A DNA stretch of 64,000 nt from Eledone cirrhosa (Eukaryota): contig OZ024747.1 in the NCBI GenBank assembly GCA_964016885.1, forward strand, positions 6,882,001 to 6,946,000, in the 5' to 3' direction. This document shows positions 59,058-64,000 of the stretch, piece after piece. Numbering within the stretch: the stretch's first letter is position 1; every line of letters starts with the position of its first letter. A program made the translations under genes and the position numbers. The notes under the pieces were generated by a model. The model saw nothing but the letters and a program-made list of their open reading frames with translations, searched no databases and had not been told where the DNA came from.

Positions 59058-59233
59058 TGTATTAAAACTTTGATTTTTCGAGCGTTACCATGGGTTTCGT
59101 TTGACATAAATCGGTCCAACTCTTCAGGTGTGTTCTGAATGTGTTATTCAGAATGTACATGAAAAACTAGACATAATTATGTCTAACGAAACCATTGACA
59201 ATGCACGATTAAATCAATCAAACTGTTAATACA
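59058..59233. repeat. ~175-bp imperfect inverted repeat (foldback)
   Basis: Paired arms: tgtattaa/ttaataca, gtttcgtttgacataa/ttatgtctaacgaaac and ttctgaat/attcagaa around the loop 59141-59145. Confidence 0.8.
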
Positions 59234-59959
59234 CGCATTGCATTGATTGCTCTTTTCAATCATTTGTACCCTCACCTGTATATGAGATTGTTTTTACATG
59301 TTTCACGGGTTGTTGGCCGATCATCAGAAGACAAGTATTCTATGATTCCATATACGAACGTCATTTAAATCAAGCACAAACCAGTTGTTATTTCACTCCA
59401 GGTCAATTTTGACTAAGCAGACCAGTGATTAATTGCATTCCAACCGTGACCATCACATTAAATGCCATATATATCAATTCAGACCATAATTTAATCAAAA
59501 TGACAGTCTAATTTACATGAAATGTATTTTCTAGATACAGAATTAATCAAATAATAAATATTTATACATAATACTGCATACATTAGAAAATGTCAGTTAA
59601 ATTTACTGTTGGTATAATTAGAGTTTATAAGCCTTGCTGTGAAAATATAAACAAGTATGGAAAATATATTCTGTTAGTTTCTTCTGTACACAGAAAAACA
59701 TAGATTGTCTTAACATGTTTTACTGCTGGTTGACCAATCAGAAGACAAGCATCCTTATTCCATCTCAGAAAAGAATTTATAATCAAATGTTATTTATATC
59801 AAACACAAACCAGTTATTTTATTGTAGGTCAGTTCTGACTGAGCTCACCAATGATCATCACATCTTTTTTCAGATGTAGTACATCTAGAATTACATGATT
59901 TAATGTATCCATACTTCCTAAAATGCTCGGATGGTTTACTAGAAGTAGTTGATAGCTTT

Positions 59960-60500
59960 TACTACCTAAGTGACCTAATTAGCTGAAGAGGTGGATTTAT
60001 CCAAAGCATAGTAACCAGATTGAGAATAGGGTGAGAAAAATTCAGGGAGCTGTTCCCTTTGCTGGAAATAAAAAGTCTCTCTCTCAGAGTGAAGGGCAGA
60101 TTGCATGATGTTTGTATATAAACTTTGATGCTGCATGGTATTAAGACATGGCTTTTCAATGCAGATGATTTGCAATGTTTAGAAAGAAACAAAGTGAGTA
60201 TACTCCACTGGATGTGTAATGTTAGTGTACATGAACAACAAAACACAAATGAGCTAAGAGAAATACTAGGTATTTGAAGAATCAGTTGTATGACAGACTG
60301 TTTTGGTATGGACATGTCACACATATAAAAGATGCCAGTTATATAAAAAAAATGGCAAGAGCTTGAAATGGAAAGAGCTTGTGGAAAAAGGAAACCAAGA
60401 AAGGTATGAGATAAAGTAGTGAAGACCAATCTGAATGAACTGAACCTCATGAATGAAATGATTACTGATGATAATCTGTGCTGGAGAAGATCTGTCCACC
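59960..60500 (+). mobile_element. Old RTE-type LINE 3' relic
   Basis: Colinear with 49270-49760; MLHGIKTW.F and FGMDM remnants. Confidence 0.6.
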
Positions 60501-60576
60501 TTTACAAAGTTGACAAAACAGTTGGTGGTGATGTCAGAGGCTGCAATATATATTTCACTGGATCTCTCTCTTACTA

Positions 60577-60765
60577 TAGTAGGGTTCTGAAAGTTCCTGG
60601 TTTAAGGGTATCGCGAAAGGATAGAGCTGTCACCTTTACAGGGGAGGTAGGACCGCTGCAATAAGTGTGTGAATCTGAGTGGGGAATATGTTGAATAAAA
60701 TCATAATTAACTGATCCTCCCGTATTTTCTTTTACTCAAAGCCAGGAACTTATACTCCGGTACTC
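60577..60765 (+). mobile_element. Internally deleted mariner (about 190 bp)
   Basis: TIR parts aagttcctggttt / aaagccaggaactt; retains the transposase C-terminus KCVNLSGEYVE*. Confidence 0.7.
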
Positions 60766-61444
60766 CTCTTAAGTCACCATCTACTGCACTATTTGCTACC
60801 TTCCCAACTGTCATCCCCTACTCTACCATACTGACTGAATATCATGGATGGGCATTTTAATCTGTTCATATTCAATTGCTCCCCTAATGAAATCAATTAA
60901 TGGCCACCCTCTAAAATTATAGTTAATTGATCAAAGGCCTTCCAGCCATGAGCATCCCATCTTTTATTCAGCAACTAGTGGCAGAGATTCCTTTAACAGA
61001 GTTCACTCCGTTGCAAGCATTTCGAGCAAGTCTCTAGTTTGAGGATAATTTCATCCTTTCTGTCTTGGTTGTCATGGGTACTGCTTTCCTCCCTCTATGA
61101 AGCCATTAACCCTTTCGTTTCCCTATTTCCAATGAAATACAGGGATTGATATAATTGACTGTGTCACTTGTCTAAAATTTGTAGTCTTGTATGTATGTCA
61201 AAAATTATTATTTGCTCTTTTTGTCTTCAAATTAATGTCTGTTTTTATATATTTTTTCTCTTTGCAGGGTTTTCACTCCTAAACCCACAGTCTGAAAATG
61301 GGTCCAGATGCTTTGAAATGTAATTAAAAGAATTTTATGTTTAAAAAGATCTTTATCCTATGATCATATTAACCCTCTGTAGTTTCTAGTGGGATGTGTT
61401 ATGGAAGATTTATCAGCTGTGTTTAGTTGCAGAGGAATTTTATA

Positions 61445-63154
61445 ATGCATTCCGAGAAAAAGCAGTTTCCTTGTGAGTTTTGTAGCAAATTTTTCTCAAA
61501 GGATTCCGATCTGCGAAGGCATGTTCGGATACACACCGGAGAGAAACCATTCACTTGTTCAGAGTGTGGAAAGTCTTTTACCCGGAACTCTAGTCTTAAA
61601 CGGCATATAAAAACTCACGAGAAAATTGATATGTTAATTGCCAATAATTACATTGAAAAATTTACTGATGATTCGGTTTCAGTTAAAAGTATGGATAAAA
61701 ACACAGAATTTTCTGACAATTTCCTTCGTGTTGAAAACTCCGATACAGGTGAACGAGTATATACTGTGGATATAACAAACATAGACTTAGATGATGACTT
61801 AGATCTGAAAGCACAGGAACAGAAGGATGAAGAAAATGAAGACACTTGTAAGGATGTGATTGTTATTGAAGACCTGTCGACAGAGGAAACTCCTGCATAT
61901 ACACAAGTTTGGTACGATGATGGAAGAATAGATTCTCCTGAATTTCCTGCTGATGACCAAGTTCAGAACTTGCAAGGAGGTAAACTGCACCAGTGTGTCG
62001 TTTGCTGGGGGTATTTTCTAAATGAAACAGACTTGAAAAGACACTCACGAATGCATATTGGTGTCACTCAGTTTCCATGCATATTCTGTGGGAGAGAATT
62101 TTCCAAAGGTTCTGACTTAAGAAGACATATTCGTACACATACCGGAGAGAAGCCATTTCATTGCAATTTGTGCAGCATGAGTTTTGCTAGGAACTGCAGT
62201 TTAAAGCGGCATGTTAAAAAACACACTGAAAATTTAGCACAGGATTTAGACAGACAGATGCAGAGTTTTTCTGGTGAATTCTTCAATAAAAAACCTGCAA
62301 AACCACAGAGTGTTGGAAACTCTTATCAGTGTGAGATCTGTGGTCGAGCTTTCTCAAAGTGTTCAAATTTGCAAAGACATGTACGGACACACACAGGAGA
62401 AAAGCCATTTACCTGTAGTTTGTGTGGTTCCAGTTTTACCAGAAATTGGCATTTAAAGCGTCATGCGAAAATTCACATTGCTGACAAAATCAGCATTGCT
62501 GACAAAGTGATAAACTTGGATGATAAAGTGATAGACTTAGATGAAATTGCTGACACTATTTCCGATAATGTGGTTTACCAAGAGGACAGTCCAGCTCTAA
62601 CTGAAGTGGTGCTTTACCACTGCGACATATGCAAGAAAGATTTCTCAATACGATCTGACTTGAAAAGACATCTTAGAATACATACGGGAGAGAAACCATT
62701 TCAATGTGACATATGTGGACGAAGCTTTGCACGTAAATATGGTTTGAAACGGCATAGTAAAATACATAAAGAAACACAGCTTTGTAGGTGTGACATATGC
62801 GATATGTACTTTGAAGATAACGACAGCTTAAAATGTCACTTGAAGTGTCATACATTTGCCAATGGAAAGGAAAAGGAAGAAAATATTCTGAAAAATGTGA
62901 TGAAAGTCTGTACTAAAGGAAAGTCATTTTATTGTCAATTATGTAACAAAACATTTTCCAAAAACTCTGACTTGAAGCGACATGTGAGAACCCATACCGG
63001 AGAAAAACCGTTTGTTTGCACTGTTTGTGGACGAGGTTTTGCAAGGAACTGCAGCTTAAAAAGACATTTGAAAACTCATCGTGATAGCAATCTCATCAGT
63101 TGGACCGTATTGTCACCTGATACACTAGAAACTTTCAAAGAGGGTAAGTTTTAA
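61445..63154 (+). CDS. C2H2 zinc-finger protein, about 569 aa, 12 fingers in dispersed clusters with acidic linkers
   Basis: First ATG at 61445 (the track starts at a TTG, 61427); 12 C2H2 motifs; upstream acceptor ends at 61267; possible donor at 63144 just before the stop. Confidence 0.93.
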   Translation: MHSEKKQFPCEFCSKFFSKDSDLRRHVRIHTGEKPFTCSECGKSFTRNSSLKRHIKTHEKIDMLIANNYIEKFTDDSVSVKSMDKNTEFSDNFLRVENSDTGERVYTVDITNIDLDDDLDLKAQEQKDEENEDTCKDVIVIEDLSTEETPAYTQVWYDDGRIDSPEFPADDQVQNLQGGKLHQCVVCWGYFLNETDLKRHSRMHIGVTQFPCIFCGREFSKGSDLRRHIRTHTGEKPFHCNLCSMSFARNCSLKRHVKKHTENLAQDLDRQMQSFSGEFFNKKPAKPQSVGNSYQCEICGRAFSKCSNLQRHVRTHTGEKPFTCSLCGSSFTRNWHLKRHAKIHIADKISIADKVINLDDKVIDLDEIADTISDNVVYQEDSPALTEVVLYHCDICKKDFSIRSDLKRHLRIHTGEKPFQCDICGRSFARKYGLKRHSKIHKETQLCRCDICDMYFEDNDSLKCHLKCHTFANGKEKEENILKNVMKVCTKGKSFYCQLCNKTFSKNSDLKRHVRTHTGEKPFVCTVCGRGFARNCSLKRHLKTHRDSNLISWTVLSPDTLETFKEGKF

Positions 63155-63973
63155 ATATTTTTTTGTTTCCAGAACTATATTATTTTAATATATAGGTGGC
63201 AAATTGGCAGACATTAGATCAGTTAATACATTACAGTATTTATTCTGGCTCTCTATGTTCTATGTTCAAATCCTGCCAAGGTCAACTTTGTCTTTTATTC
63301 TTTTGAAAATAACGCCCACTTCCCTGCTAGCAAGGGTTGGACAGGTCTACATAGACCAAATCGGTACTGAAGTGGAGCCACAGATCTCTCAGGCAGGCCA
63401 GGGATCTGTGTCTCACTTTATGTACGGTCGACGCTCCACTGAGTGCACAGGAGAGGTTGTCATGTCTTTGACACAACTGAGGGTCTTTCTGACTCTTTTG
63501 TTTGGCAAGATTTCTACGACTGGATACCCTTCCTATTACCAACTACTCTACAGCCTGTACCGGGTGTGTTTATTGTGTAGATCACCAACACTAGGGAGGA
63601 TGTCGTGTCTTTGACACAGCTGAAGGGTCCCCTCAATATTCTGAGTTCAAATCTCACTAATGACCAGGACTAATTATCCAGCCTCAGGATTACAATTGAT
63701 AATGAAAGCTTCAATGGATGGAGGAGGACTGTGGCTGTCTGCTTCAGCAGTGGAACAACAACAATGATGATGAGGATGATGCAGTGTTACAATTACAAAA
63801 CCCTGTACACAGCCTCTCATATAACATTAGAGATCCTGTAAATCATACTTCATCTCATTTCTTTAGAAACAGAATCATGGAATAGAAGAATACAACTACC
63901 ATCATAGAATATAGTAAAGTGATAGAATACTGTTAGATTAGTAGAATATAGCTGAGGATCAGTAACACATGTC

Positions 63974-64000
63974 TTAACCCCTTAGCATTTAAACCGGCTG
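63974..64000. mobile_element. Start of another piggyBac-type MITE copy
   Basis: ttaaccccttagcatttaaaccggc, cut by the window edge. Confidence 0.6.

Overview
Eukaryotic, AT-rich, microsatellite-dense animal DNA. The repeat landscape and single-exon C2H2 genes suggest a coleoid cephalopod such as Octopus (inference, not proven). The left 25 kb holds the 3' part of a + strand gene. I could splice 19-20 of its exons by hand into one phase-consistent frame of about 650 aa, which resembles SLF2/FAM178A (SMC5/6 localization factor 2). Two intronless-CDS C2H2 zinc-finger genes follow (45507-47804 and 61445-63154). The rest is transposon debris and tandem arrays: a near full-length frameshifted RTE LINE, an internally deleted Ty3/Gypsy LTR element with a 4-bp TSD, an internally deleted Helitron nested in a TTAA piggyBac-type MITE, a decayed hAT transposase, a mini-mariner, tRNA-derived SINEs and many minisatellites. 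The most notable oddities are an orphan zinc-finger fragment bounded by splice signals, a ZNF built from five dispersed near-identical finger doublets, a ~175-bp foldback upstream of that ZNF, a minisatellite born from a LINE 3' end, and a relic minimal hammerhead ribozyme. I see no convincing new multi-gene system. Most short ORFs in the track are repeat artefacts.
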